A stretch of DNA of 64,000 nt from IMGVR_UViG_3300042562_001598:218193-282192; one strand, 5' to 3'; positions 1 to 10,371 are shown, counted from the first letter of the stretch. Numbers and translations are program-made. The notes: generated by a model from the letters alone, not told the origin.

Positions 1-31
1 TTATAACAAAAATTATTCTATGAATCAATAT

Positions 32-123
32 TGACAATTTGTCAGTATATTTTTTTATAAAATGTCAAATTGTCATATAAATAAGTCATTTTACTATAAA
101 TTTGACTTTGGTATAAAATTAGT
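32..123 (+). promoter_or_regulatory. Putative operator palindromes plus sigma54-like -24/-12 element upstream of the UVR-domain gene
   Basis: TGACAATTTGTCA palindrome at 32-44 and near-copy TGTCAAATTGTCA at 63-75; TGGTATAAAATTAGT gives GG(110-111)-N10-GT(122-123). Confidence 0.35.
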
Positions 124-161
124 TATAATTATTTCAAATAAAAAATTAAAACAAAAAAATT

Positions 162-629
162 ATGTTTAGAAACACAAAAAACCCGTTCGTATTATTAAAT
201 GATTTTACTACACCTTTTGGTTCTTTTGACCCATTCACGGTATTACTAGGAGATGTTAAGACTGAAAAAGGTCAAGACGAGAATGGTCAATGGACTTCTC
301 AGACTTACACATCTGAAAATGGTGTTGTTACAGTAAAAAACTTCACTAGAACTTCTAAAAGTCCTAAAAGTAAAACAACTACTAATACAACAACAACTAA
401 CACAACAACTAACACTACTGAGTTAACAACTTTACAAAATGAGTTAACAACAGCTATTGAGACTCAAAACTTTGAACGTGCAGTTGAATTAAGAGACCAA
501 ATTAAAAAATTGGAATCTAATCAAGAAAAAATTGAAACTCTAACTTTAGAATTAGAAACTTCAATTAAAGAACAAAACTTTGAGAAATCAATTAAGTTGA
601 GAGACCAAATTAATAAGTTGACTAAGTAA
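162..629 (+). CDS. Protein with two UvrB/UvrC (UVR) coiled-coil motifs and a Thr/Asn-rich linker
   Basis: LQNELTTAIETQNFERAVELRDQI and LETSIKEQNFEKSIKLRDQI match the UVR pattern A..E.FE.A..LRD.I. Confidence 0.8.
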   Translation: MFRNTKNPFVLLNDFTTPFGSFDPFTVLLGDVKTEKGQDENGQWTSQTYTSENGVVTVKNFTRTSKSPKSKTTTNTTTTNTTTNTTELTTLQNELTTAIETQNFERAVELRDQIKKLESNQEKIETLTLELETSIKEQNFEKSIKLRDQINKLTK

Positions 630-635
630 TTTACT

Positions 636-662
636 AAACCCCACCTTTGAGTGGGGTTTTTT
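636..662 (+). terminator. Rho-independent terminator
   Basis: AAACCCCAC-ctttga-GTGGGGTTT followed by T-run. Confidence 0.8.
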
Positions 663-709
663 ATTTATTAAAATTACTGAATAGTTATTATTATAAAAAA
701 AATTATATT

Positions 710-952
710 ATGGGAATTAAAAAAGAAATTATTGAAGGTACTAAAATTATTAATGAAATTGAATCAAGTAATTTAGTTAAAACTATCTATGATGTTGAGA
801 GTCAAAAATTAATAGCGGAATTCAAAAATGGGTTTAAATATGAGTATGATGAAGTGCCTCACAAAACATATACTCAATTTAGGATGTCAGAATCTCAAGG
901 AAAATTCTTCAACACTAACATCTCAAAGACTTTTAAGTATAAAAAATTATAA
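710..952 (+). CDS. KTSC domain protein (start reassigned to ATG 710)
   Basis: SSNL..YD....L..EF.NG..YEY..VP...Y..F....SQGKFFN.NI is the KTSC signature; the track start (647) lies inside the terminator. Confidence 0.85.
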   Translation: MGIKKEIIEGTKIINEIESSNLVKTIYDVESQKLIAEFKNGFKYEYDEVPHKTYTQFRMSESQGKFFNTNISKTFKYKKL

Positions 953-983
953 ATTTTTCTAAAAAATTGGATATTTATCTTTA

Positions 984-1754
984 ATGGATAATAATATTAA
1001 AAATATTTTACAAAGTTTTCACTTACAAGACACCTTAAACCCTAAAATATGGGTTATGTCTGAAGATGATGAAATTGGTAATATGAATCCTAAAGTTAGG
1101 ACTCGTTTACTTGACATTGCCTACGACTTTATTGATTTCTTAGGTGTGGATGTTATTGTGTCGGATGTTGTTATGACAGGTTCATTATCAAATTATAATT
1201 GGTCAAAATACTCTGATGTTGATTTACACATCATTGCTGATTTTAATCAATTCAAGGAATCTGAATTACCTTTATATAAAGACTTATTTATATTAAAAAA
1301 AACAATATATAATGATAACCATGATATTACTATTTATGGTTATGATGTTGAACTATATGTTCAAGATGAAAATGAAGCTCACTTTAGTAGTGGTGAATAC
1401 TCTATTCTATTTGATGAATGGAAATCAAAACCTAAAAAAGAGAATGTTGATATTGACACCGAATTAATTAAAACAAAAGCTAAAAAATGGATGGATTCTA
1501 TTGATGCTATAATAGAACAATCAAAAGATGAATCTTTAGAAGAGTCTAAATTATTAATAGGTAAGTATAAGGATAAGTTAAAGAAATATAGAACAAGTGG
1601 GTTAGAAAAAGACGGAGAATATTCTAATGAAAATTTAGTATTTAAGGTTTTAAGGAGAAATGGGTATGTTCAAAAGTTATTTGATTTCTTAAATAAAAAC
1701 ACAGATAAAATCCTCTCGCTTGACGAAAAAATAAAAAATACATCAGAAAAGTAA
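984..1754 (+). CDS. Pol-beta-superfamily nucleotidyltransferase
   Basis: TGSLSNYNWSKYSDVDLH (GS...DxD) and distal VELYVQD acidic residue. Confidence 0.75.
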   Translation: MDNNIKNILQSFHLQDTLNPKIWVMSEDDEIGNMNPKVRTRLLDIAYDFIDFLGVDVIVSDVVMTGSLSNYNWSKYSDVDLHIIADFNQFKESELPLYKDLFILKKTIYNDNHDITIYGYDVELYVQDENEAHFSSGEYSILFDEWKSKPKKENVDIDTELIKTKAKKWMDSIDAIIEQSKDESLEESKLLIGKYKDKLKKYRTSGLEKDGEYSNENLVFKVLRRNGYVQKLFDFLNKNTDKILSLDEKIKNTSEK

Positions 1755-1811
1755 TATTTTTAATTCTGACTATATTTATATATAAAATTAATTCAAAACA
1801 AAAATAAAAAA

Positions 1812-3182
1812 ATGGGAAATAATTTAAGACCAATTGGTAGTGAAAAATTGCAAGGTATGGAGAAAATCAACCGTATGCTTGAAATTGCTAGATATAAAGA
1901 ATCAACACCTAATCCTATCAATGAGGATAAGTCAGTAGAATACACTAAAACTTTATCTGATGGTAACAATTACCAAATCATTAAAGAAAAAAGTGGTTAT
2001 GTTCTAAAAAGAACATTATTGGAATCAGATGGTAATTCTGATTATTTAGAACCAATGAGAAATAGAAAATATTACCCATCATATTCTCAAGCATTAAAAA
2101 GATTAAATCTTATTGCTAAAGAAGTTAATGTTAATGAAGGTGTTGAAAGTAATACATCTTTATTTAATGAAAGTCAATCTGACGCTACAAAATATATTTT
2201 GAAAATGTCAGCTAACGAACAAGCCCCTGTTGCGGGACAAGTACCTGCTCCAGCACCAGCCCCCGCGGCTGCACCGGCTCCTGCCCCAGTTGCTGCACCA
2301 GCACCAGCTCCGGAAGAAGAATTAGATTTAGATTTTGATATGGAGGATACTGAAGGTGAAGAGGATGATAATGAACCAGTATCAATAAAAGTTATTCAGA
2401 AATTAACTGGAAAATTAGCTCAAAAATTAAGAGCTTTTGACGAGGCTAATGAAGAAGAACCAATGTCATCTAAAGATATTAAGTATGTTGTTAATTCTAT
2501 TTTATCAGCAATTGATGTTGAAGCGTTAGATGAGGAAGATAAAGACGATATCTTAAGTAAATTAGAAGGTATTGAGGACGAATCTGAATTTGGTGGTGAA
2601 GAAGATTTTGATGGACTATCTGACGAAGATGGTTTAGAAGATGAAGAATTAGAAACTGAATTACCTGAAGGTGAAATGGGAGAAGCTTTTGATAGCGAAG
2701 AAATGACAATGTTTGATGATTTTAGTGAAGATGATTATGAAGAAATTTCTGACCTTAAAAGTCATATGTCTGGAAACAGAATGAACCCAAGAGCTGACAG
2801 AGAGTATCTTGATTTAAGTGATAACGATGAAGATTCTGATAGAACTAAAAAACATTTTGGTCTTGAACCTCGTCACAGAAAAAATATGGGAGATATGTTT
2901 GAAGGTATTTTTTCTGAATCTAAAGTTGATAAAATATTAGAAAGATATTTTGAGACTGAAAAAACTGAAAATACTAAAAAAACTCCTATCACTGAAAATA
3001 GAAAAGTTATTGTTAACAGAATTAAAAATTTATCTGAAAGTATTTCACAAGAAGTAGCTTCAACTAAGTTTACGAGAAATAACCCAACCGCTAAATTAAT
3101 TGGTAAAACAACTAAAAACTTTTTAGTATTTGAAAATAATAATACAAAAGTAAGAATCTCTACTAAAGGTGAAATTCTATGA
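1812..3182 (+). CDS. Acidic hypothetical protein, probably head-associated, with Pro/Ala linker
   Basis: Long ORF; D/E-rich; PAPAP tract at ~2223-2312; many L/I-x-E motifs; lies upstream of TerL. Confidence 0.6.
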   Translation: MGNNLRPIGSEKLQGMEKINRMLEIARYKESTPNPINEDKSVEYTKTLSDGNNYQIIKEKSGYVLKRTLLESDGNSDYLEPMRNRKYYPSYSQALKRLNLIAKEVNVNEGVESNTSLFNESQSDATKYILKMSANEQAPVAGQVPAPAPAPAAAPAPAPVAAPAPAPEEELDLDFDMEDTEGEEDDNEPVSIKVIQKLTGKLAQKLRAFDEANEEEPMSSKDIKYVVNSILSAIDVEALDEEDKDDILSKLEGIEDESEFGGEEDFDGLSDEDGLEDEELETELPEGEMGEAFDSEEMTMFDDFSEDDYEEISDLKSHMSGNRMNPRADREYLDLSDNDEDSDRTKKHFGLEPRHRKNMGDMFEGIFSESKVDKILERYFETEKTENTKKTPITENRKVIVNRIKNLSESISQEVASTKFTRNNPTAKLIGKTTKNFLVFENNNTKVRISTKGEIL

Positions 3183-3589
3183 ATCATTTAATTTACGTAA
3201 ATGAATTAGGACCAAATTATAAAGGCGATAACATTTACGAATTTATTTTTTCGGATACTATAGATAATATCTGGGGCGAAAATTGGGAATCAAAACCATC
3301 TAATGGTTACCCTTTACCCCCAGATTTAGAATTTGTTAAAAAAGTGGGTGTATTGAAAAATGACCTAATAACAATGTCAGTAATTCAGAATTCTGATTAT
3401 TTCTCAATGATGGATTGTCTTGATGGTGTTGTAGCTTTAGCTTGGGAAAACGAATCGGATTATGTTGATTTTAGTCATAAAAAAAGATTAGTGTTCTTAT
3501 TCGGTGATACTGAAGAATCTGTTAAAGATAAACTATACGAACGAGATATCGTTTTAGAAATTGAAAAAAAAACAATATATGAAAATTAA
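3179..3589 (+). CDS. Hypothetical protein
   Basis: ATGA overlap with previous gene; coupled to next gene. Confidence 0.7.
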   Translation: MNHLIYVNELGPNYKGDNIYEFIFSDTIDNIWGENWESKPSNGYPLPPDLEFVKKVGVLKNDLITMSVIQNSDYFSMMDCLDGVVALAWENESDYVDFSHKKRLVFLFGDTEESVKDKLYERDIVLEIEKKTIYEN

Positions 3590-4544
3590 TCACAAATTAT
3601 TAAAATTGGTTGAGTATGGTATGAAAACTACCACTCTAACTTCCTTGACTGAATCTCAAGTGAATAATCTATATAATAGATTAGTAGAAGGTAAAAAAGA
3701 AACTAAAGAAGCTACAACAACTAATCTTAACGCTAAAGAAACAACTTATAGTTCTGGTGAAGTTGGAGCTATGAAAACCAAAGGACTTGGTGTTAATGTT
3801 AAAAATGGTGAAGTTAGACCAACTGGTGACGGAGGTCTTAAAGTTATCACTAAAGAAGGTGAAATGACTGAAAAAGCCGAATCTAAACAACAACAAAAAT
3901 TTATGGGTTTAGCTTTGTCAGTTAAACGAGGTGACACGCCTAAAGGTGAAGTGTCTAAAAAAGTTAAAGAGACAGCTAAAAAAATGTCTGAAAAAGATTT
4001 AGAAGATTTTGCATCTACAGAACATAAAGGTTTACCTAAAAAAGTTAAAAAAGAAGAAACTAAAGAAAGTTTTGGATTTGGTGATTATGGTAAAAAATTA
4101 GCATCTGCTGCTGCTGGTGCAACTAAAAAGAATTTAGGTCAAATAAGTCCTAGTGTATCTATTGGTGAATCTAAAGAAGCTATTATAGAAAGAAAAATTA
4201 TTCAATTGGTTGAGAAACACCTTACACCAAAAATGACTAAACAAGACTTCTTAAATTTAGTTAAAGAACAAGGAACTAAAGAAGCCCCTGTTAAGACTCC
4301 TGTTAAGACACCAACAAAACCAAAAAAAGATAATCCTTATCAACCAAAACATAAACCAGCTCCTAAAGCTGAAGTTAAAGAACAAGGAACTAAAGAAGCT
4401 CCGGTGAAAACTCCGGTAAAAACTCCTACAAGACCAAAACCGTTTAATCCTTATCAGCCAAAGCATAAACCAGCTCCTAAAGCTGAAAATAAAGATTTAC
4501 CTGAATGGTTATCTTTCACATCATTAGGTCTTAAATTAAAATAA
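3579..4544 (+). CDS. Basic protein with DUF3008-like domain and 38-aa tandem repeat
   Basis: AESKQQQKFMGLALSVKRG...MSEKDLEDFASTEHKGLP resembles DUF3008; ATG 3579 is in frame with track TTG 3561. Confidence 0.65.
   Translation: MKINHKLLKLVEYGMKTTTLTSLTESQVNNLYNRLVEGKKETKEATTTNLNAKETTYSSGEVGAMKTKGLGVNVKNGEVRPTGDGGLKVITKEGEMTEKAESKQQQKFMGLALSVKRGDTPKGEVSKKVKETAKKMSEKDLEDFASTEHKGLPKKVKKEETKESFGFGDYGKKLASAAAGATKKNLGQISPSVSIGESKEAIIERKIIQLVEKHLTPKMTKQDFLNLVKEQGTKEAPVKTPVKTPTKPKKDNPYQPKHKPAPKAEVKEQGTKEAPVKTPVKTPTRPKPFNPYQPKHKPAPKAENKDLPEWLSFTSLGLKLK
4260..4487 (+). repeat. 2 x 114-bp (38-aa) tandem repeat
   Basis: VKEQGTKEAPVKTPVKTPT(K/R)PK..NPYQPKHKPAPKAE at 4260-4373 and 4374-4487. Confidence 0.95.
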
Positions 4545-4549
4545 TAGTT

Positions 4550-5887
4550 ATGAGTTTAAATTCTAAAATAGAACAAATATTAAAAGCGAAAACTAAACTT
4601 GAAACTAAATTAATTCAAGAAGGTTTAACTAAAAAAGAACATAGTGTTTTGAATGAAATCAATTCTACTATGAAAGAACAGATAGATTACGAAGGTCCTG
4701 AAAGAATGGAACCGGGTATTGAGAGAAAGATTACATCAAAAGAAACTCCTTTTGCTGGACATCCTGCAATTCCTGAAGGTGACAAAGATTTTATTGAAAC
4801 TATTTCATCTAAAAGATTTAAGGATTCTGTAGCTAAAGTTAGAAGATTTTTAGGTGACACAACACCTATCCAAGGTCGTAATCCAATGATGGGTTTAATG
4901 TCTATGGTTATGAGAGGCTTACAACAGACTATGTCTATAGAGTCTCAAAACAAGGAAACTCTTGAGAATTTGGCGGTTGAGTTAGTTAAAAAAGAATTAG
5001 GAATACCTGAAGGTTCATTACAATTTGACGCCCAATTAGTTCATAGACCTATGGGTGCCGCTGAAGGTATGAGAGGTGAAGCTGAAGAACCTAGTGAAGA
5101 AGAAGTTAAAGACGCTTTTGCTAAAGCTGAAGAACACCAAGAAGAATTGGCGGATTTCGCGGATGAATTTGAGAAATTTAATTTAGAAAAAGCTAAAAGA
5201 AGACTTATCAACTCATTAATACAAGGTGCTGCTTTTAAAGGTGGTCATATGTATGTTTTACTTAATGATGAGTTAAATGCAATTAACCCTAACTTAATGA
5301 ATTTATATGGTGTTAATCAATCATTGATGGAACACTTATATTGGTTATACCCAGATATGGAACAAATGGCAGGTTCTGGTGGTGGTCAAATGGGACAATC
5401 AGAAGTTGATAATGAAACAGACCCACCTACAGTTGTTGCTCGCGCCGCTACTTTCCCTTTATTGGTTCACGAATTAGTTAAAGGTGTTTATGAAGTATTT
5501 GGAACTCACGGATTACCGGATGACCCAAGACAAGCTGAAATGGTTATGGGTGCTGAAGATACTTTACCCGCAGAAATTTGGGATTCTAGATTAGGTCCTA
5601 TATTTTGGGAAAAATTTACAGATGCTTACCCTGACAAATTATTTGATGAGGATAAAAAACATTTACAACATTATCTTTTTGTTAGGTTCTCAAGATTAGA
5701 TGCTGCGGAATTTATGAAAATTGCAAAATTAATCTTAAAAGGTGACCCACAAGGAAGTAAATTTATTGATAGAATGGTTAATGAAATCATTGAGGATTTG
5801 AAAAAACAAGAATACGAAGATAAGGATAATGATGATTACGATGATGATGATTTGAATGATATTGATTTGTCAGCACTTGGTTTTTAA
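4550..5887 (+). CDS. Hypothetical protein immediately upstream of terminase
   Basis: 445-aa ORF; LVHELVKG motif; acidic C-terminal tail. Confidence 0.7.
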   Translation: MSLNSKIEQILKAKTKLETKLIQEGLTKKEHSVLNEINSTMKEQIDYEGPERMEPGIERKITSKETPFAGHPAIPEGDKDFIETISSKRFKDSVAKVRRFLGDTTPIQGRNPMMGLMSMVMRGLQQTMSIESQNKETLENLAVELVKKELGIPEGSLQFDAQLVHRPMGAAEGMRGEAEEPSEEEVKDAFAKAEEHQEELADFADEFEKFNLEKAKRRLINSLIQGAAFKGGHMYVLLNDELNAINPNLMNLYGVNQSLMEHLYWLYPDMEQMAGSGGGQMGQSEVDNETDPPTVVARAATFPLLVHELVKGVYEVFGTHGLPDDPRQAEMVMGAEDTLPAEIWDSRLGPIFWEKFTDAYPDKLFDEDKKHLQHYLFVRFSRLDAAEFMKIAKLILKGDPQGSKFIDRMVNEIIEDLKKQEYEDKDNDDYDDDDLNDIDLSALGF

Positions 5888-5904
5888 AAAATTAAATTAA
5901 CATT

Positions 5905-7677
5905 ATGGCAAACCTAACAAAAGAACAAGTATTAATTGAATATGTAAGATGTCATAAAGATATTGAATACGCGTTAAGAACTTATTTACAGACATACGAT
6001 AATACAGTATCAAAATATGTTCCTTTAGAATTATACCCTGACCAATTATCATTACTTAATGATTATGAGGATTATAATGAAAATATTGCATTGAAATACA
6101 GACAAGCGGGGGTATCAACAGTTACCGCCGCTTGGGCTTCAATGAAACTATCCTTCGCAAAAAAAACAAAACCTGAAAAAGTACTTATTATTGCCAATAA
6201 ATTAGATACATCTTTAGAGATGGCTAATAAAATTAGAGCGTTTGTAGCTCAATGGCCTAGTTGGGTTGGTATTGACTTTTCAGTAGAAAAAAATTCACAA
6301 AAACATTACAAATTAAATAATGGTAGTGAGGTTAAAGCTGTAGCGACATCCAAGGATGCACTGCGTGGTTTTACCCCCACTATACTTGTATTTGATGAGG
6401 CTGCGTTTATTGACGCTGATAGTGATTTCTGGGCTGCGTGTATGGCATCCCTTTCCACTGGGGGTAAAGTAATAGTTGTTTCAACTCCCAATGGATTTGA
6501 CCCTATTTATTACGAAATATACGACCAAGCCTTACGAGGAATGAATGACTTTAAGATATCAGAGATGTTTTGGTATCGTGACCCTCGTTATACTAAAGAT
6601 TTATATTTGGTTAAAACACATGATACCATTCATTATCTTTTAAATAAAGAGGATTACAATAAAAATGAACTTATTAGTTGGGCTCATATCCCAGCGGACC
6701 AAAGGGATTATGTGGAATTAAAATCAATGATGGATAATGGTTATAAACCATGTTCAAGTTGGTTTGAGAGTATGGTTAAGAAATTAAAATATGATAAGAG
6801 AAAAGTATCACAAGAGTTAGAATGTAACTTTTTAGGTTCTGGTGATAATGTATTTGATTCTAATTTAATGCAGAACATTCACGAGAATATGATTACTGAA
6901 CCTAGTAATAAAATGATGGCTAACGCATTATGGTTATGGAAAGAACCGGTGATAGGTCATAAATACATTATGGGTGTGGATGTCAGTCGTGGAGATAGTG
7001 AGGATTTTAGTTCTTTTCAGATAATTGATTTTGATGAAAGAGAACAAGTTGCTGAATATGTTGGGAAAGTTCCCCCCGATGTTATGGCGGAGATTGCATA
7101 TAAGTGGGCTAATATGTATTCAGCTTATGTGGTTATAGATATTACTGGGGGTATGGGGGTTTCAACTGCGAGAAAGATGCAGGAGATGGGTTATAAGGAT
7201 TTATATATTGATGGTGTTGACACCACTAATAAATGGGCTTACAATCCTAAATCGGCAGAAAAAATACCTGGAATAAATTTTAACAATAAAAGGGTTCAAA
7301 TTATTGCGTCATACGAAGAAGTATTGCGTCATAAGTTCAGAATATATAGTTCAAGACTATACAATGAAATGAATTCCTTTATATATATTAATGGTCGTCC
7401 TGACCACCAAAGAGGTCACCATGACGATTTAATTATGTCAATTGCGATGGCAACTTATGTTGCTGAATCATCATTTAGTAATTTAACTAAAGTTACTGAA
7501 CATACAAAAGCGATGATTGATTCATGGTCTGTAAATAATAATACTGACATAAATAAATCTTTAGAGTTTAACCCTGTAATACCAAATTATACAGATAGAC
7601 AAGGTCAATTTAATGGTGGTAATATAGCTAAAGAAGACTATAACAAATACGGGTGGTTATTTGGAGGTATGAGATAA
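5905..7677 (+). CDS. terL: Terminase large subunit (T4 gp17-like)
   Basis: Walker A KYRQAGVST, Walker B LVFDEAAF, coupling motif STPNG, RNase-H nuclease GVDVSRG and HDDL. Confidence 0.95.
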   Translation: MANLTKEQVLIEYVRCHKDIEYALRTYLQTYDNTVSKYVPLELYPDQLSLLNDYEDYNENIALKYRQAGVSTVTAAWASMKLSFAKKTKPEKVLIIANKLDTSLEMANKIRAFVAQWPSWVGIDFSVEKNSQKHYKLNNGSEVKAVATSKDALRGFTPTILVFDEAAFIDADSDFWAACMASLSTGGKVIVVSTPNGFDPIYYEIYDQALRGMNDFKISEMFWYRDPRYTKDLYLVKTHDTIHYLLNKEDYNKNELISWAHIPADQRDYVELKSMMDNGYKPCSSWFESMVKKLKYDKRKVSQELECNFLGSGDNVFDSNLMQNIHENMITEPSNKMMANALWLWKEPVIGHKYIMGVDVSRGDSEDFSSFQIIDFDEREQVAEYVGKVPPDVMAEIAYKWANMYSAYVVIDITGGMGVSTARKMQEMGYKDLYIDGVDTTNKWAYNPKSAEKIPGINFNNKRVQIIASYEEVLRHKFRIYSSRLYNEMNSFIYINGRPDHQRGHHDDLIMSIAMATYVAESSFSNLTKVTEHTKAMIDSWSVNNNTDINKSLEFNPVIPNYTDRQGQFNGGNIAKEDYNKYGWLFGGMR

Positions 7678-7740
7678 AAATATTTCTCAATTACCATATA
7701 GGACTATTTATATGGGAAGAAAATAAGTTATATTAAGAAT

Positions 7741-9606
7741 ATGGAAAATAATCAAAACAATCAAAATAATTTAACTGTTTGGCAAAGATTATCAAAAGCG
7801 TTTGGTCCTAATTCATTATTGAATCAAGACTATCCGACTTATAAAGTTGATAAAAAAGAGTTGTTAAAAACAACTTCTAAAGCTGAATACGAAAAAGAAA
7901 AGTTACAGGCTCAACAAACTTATTACTTAGGTAATCAGTGGACTAAAATTGAAAGTAACTTATATACTCAAGCGGTTTATTATGAACCAACTCGTTTAGC
8001 ATCATTTTATGATTATGAAAGTATGGAGTACACACCTGAAATTTCTGCAGCATTAGACATTTATGGTGAGGAATCAACAACGGTTGACCAAAATGGTCAT
8101 ATGTTACAAGTATTTTCTGAATCAAAACGAATCAAATCAATCTTAACGGATTTATTCAACAACGCTTTAGATATTAATACAAATTTACCTATGTGGACAA
8201 GAAATACTTGTAAATATGGGGATAATTTCGTTTACCTAAAATTAGATGGTGAAAAAGGTATTGTTGGTGCTATGCAACTTCCTAATATTGAAATAGAACG
8301 ATTAGAGAGAGGTATGGCAGCTAAATCCGCTAATGTTGAGGAATTACCTGAAAATAGAGGGTTAAGGTTCAAGTGGAAATCTAAAGATATGGAATTTAAC
8401 ACTTGGGAGATTGCTCACTTTAGATTATTAGGTGATGATAGAAAATTACCTTATGGTACTTCTATGTTGGAGAAAGCGAGAAGAATTTGGAAACAATTAT
8501 TACTATCTGAAGACGCGATGTTAATTTATAGAACATCAAGAGCACCTGAGAGAAGAGTATTTAAAGTTTTCGTTGGTAATATGGATGATAAAGATGTTGA
8601 ACCATATGTACAACGTGTTGCGAATAAATTCAAAAGAAGTCAGGTTGTTGATTCAAGTTCAGGAAATGTTGATATGAGATTTAATCAAATGGCTGTTGAC
8701 CAAGATTATTTCATCCCTGTTCGTGACCAAGCGGCTGCTTCACCTATTGAGACTTTACCCGGTGCTCAAAACTTAGCTGAAATCGCGGATATTGAGTATA
8801 TTCAAAAGAAATTATTAACGGCTCTTAGAGTCCCTAAAGCCTTTTTAGGGTTTGAAGAACCTGTTGGTGGTGGTAAAGATTTATCGTTAATGGATATTCG
8901 TTTCGCAAGAACAATTAATAGAATACAAAATTGTATGATTGCCGAATTAAATAAAATTGCAATTATTCATTTATTTTTATTAGGTTTTGAAGATGAGTTA
9001 TCTAATTTTACATTAGGTTTAACTAACCCATCAAGTCAAGCGGATTTATTAAAAATTGACATATTCAAAGAAAAATTGTTGGCTTATAAAGATGCTGTAG
9101 CACCTATTGAGGGTATTGCTCCGGTTTCTGTATCTTGGGCTAAAAAACATATCCTAGGATTTTCTGATGAAGAAATTAAACTTGATTTACAACAACAACG
9201 TATTGAGAAAGCGGCCGGTGCTGAATTAACTAATACCGCAACAGTTATTACTCATACAGGTATCTTTGATAATATTGATAAGTTATATGGTAATAAACCT
9301 GGAGCTCCACAAGCTGCCGGTGCAACACCACCAGCAGAACCTGGAAGTGAAGGTGGCGGAGAAGATTTTGGTGCGTTAGGCGGAGCCCCTGAGATGGGTG
9401 GTGAAGAATTAGGTGGAACTCCACCTCCAGGACCTGAAGCAGGTGGTGAAGCTGGGGTAACACCAGAATCATTTAAGAAAACCAACCATAACATTTTATT
9501 AGAAAATGAAGGGCTATTTAATGACGATTCTTACATCAATTTATCTAAAGGTGAAAATTATTTAGGAGAAATTGAAGACCAATTGGATAAACTTCTGAAT
9601 GGTTAG
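7741..9606 (+). CDS. Portal protein (T4 gp20-like)
   Basis: EDAMLIYRTSRAPERRVF, DYFIPVR, IETLPG, DIEYIQKKL..AL.VP motifs; position after TerL. Confidence 0.95.
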   Translation: MENNQNNQNNLTVWQRLSKAFGPNSLLNQDYPTYKVDKKELLKTTSKAEYEKEKLQAQQTYYLGNQWTKIESNLYTQAVYYEPTRLASFYDYESMEYTPEISAALDIYGEESTTVDQNGHMLQVFSESKRIKSILTDLFNNALDINTNLPMWTRNTCKYGDNFVYLKLDGEKGIVGAMQLPNIEIERLERGMAAKSANVEELPENRGLRFKWKSKDMEFNTWEIAHFRLLGDDRKLPYGTSMLEKARRIWKQLLLSEDAMLIYRTSRAPERRVFKVFVGNMDDKDVEPYVQRVANKFKRSQVVDSSSGNVDMRFNQMAVDQDYFIPVRDQAAASPIETLPGAQNLAEIADIEYIQKKLLTALRVPKAFLGFEEPVGGGKDLSLMDIRFARTINRIQNCMIAELNKIAIIHLFLLGFEDELSNFTLGLTNPSSQADLLKIDIFKEKLLAYKDAVAPIEGIAPVSVSWAKKHILGFSDEEIKLDLQQQRIEKAAGAELTNTATVITHTGIFDNIDKLYGNKPGAPQAAGATPPAEPGSEGGGEDFGALGGAPEMGGEELGGTPPPGPEAGGEAGVTPESFKKTNHNILLENEGLFNDDSYINLSKGENYLGEIEDQLDKLLNG

Positions 9607-9629
9607 ATATTTATATATAAAAAAGTAAA

Positions 9630-10349
9630 ATGATAAAGTTCGGTATATTAAAATCACAGGTTGAGAATGTATTATTAGAATCATATAAAAATGATACATT
9701 TAAAAAAGAAGTACAAAATTTTAAGAAACTTGTATTAGAAAATAAAAATATTAATAAAATATTTTATCTATATGATGATTTAACCTCTAACAAGGGGTTA
9801 AATGAATCTATAGTTAATGAATACATCACTGAATGTATTTCAATTTATGAAAATACAATTAATAAAATTACACCATCCGATATTGATAAATTAAAGAAAT
9901 GGGTTGGTAATAATAAAACAGAAAATATATATGAATCTGTTGACAATTTATTTTCAAAAGATGTTCTTATGATTGAGTCAAGAATTCAATCTAAAAAAGT
10001 TATTTCAGAAACTTTAAAAGTATCCCCTAAACAAATTCAGGAAAATGTTAACATACCTTTAGGTTCAATGGTTAATATTGCAAATAAAACTATTAACACA
10101 TTTATTGAAAATTTAGAGGAGTCAGATAAAAAAGAATTAAAAACTTTATTATCAACAGATGATGAAGAATTAAAATTAAAGTATGATTCAATTAAAGAAA
10201 CTATCATCACAAAATTAACTAAAATGAAAGGCGATGAACTAGATGTTTCAACTAACAATACAATCAACGAAACAATTGATAGAGTTGTTTCAGAAAAATA
10301 TGATAAATTAAATTATGTTAAACTTAAAACTTTAAACGAAAATTTATAA
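9630..10349 (+). CDS. Hypothetical head-module protein
   Basis: ORF between portal and protease; numerous L/I-x-E motifs. Confidence 0.65.
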   Translation: MIKFGILKSQVENVLLESYKNDTFKKEVQNFKKLVLENKNINKIFYLYDDLTSNKGLNESIVNEYITECISIYENTINKITPSDIDKLKKWVGNNKTENIYESVDNLFSKDVLMIESRIQSKKVISETLKVSPKQIQENVNIPLGSMVNIANKTINTFIENLEESDKKELKTLLSTDDEELKLKYDSIKETIITKLTKMKGDELDVSTNNTINETIDRVVSEKYDKLNYVKLKTLNENL

Positions 10350-10371
10350 ATCAATCTATAAGTTTAAAATC

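Noticed and set aside
370-420. (ACA/ACT/AAC)n tract as a phase-variable repeat
   Set aside because: It is a triplet-based imperfect repeat encoding a Thr/Asn linker; length changes would keep the frame.
4550-5887. Calling this ORF a small terminase or zinc protease
   Set aside because: It is too long for a typical TerS, and HELVK lacks the second His of HExxH; left as hypothetical.
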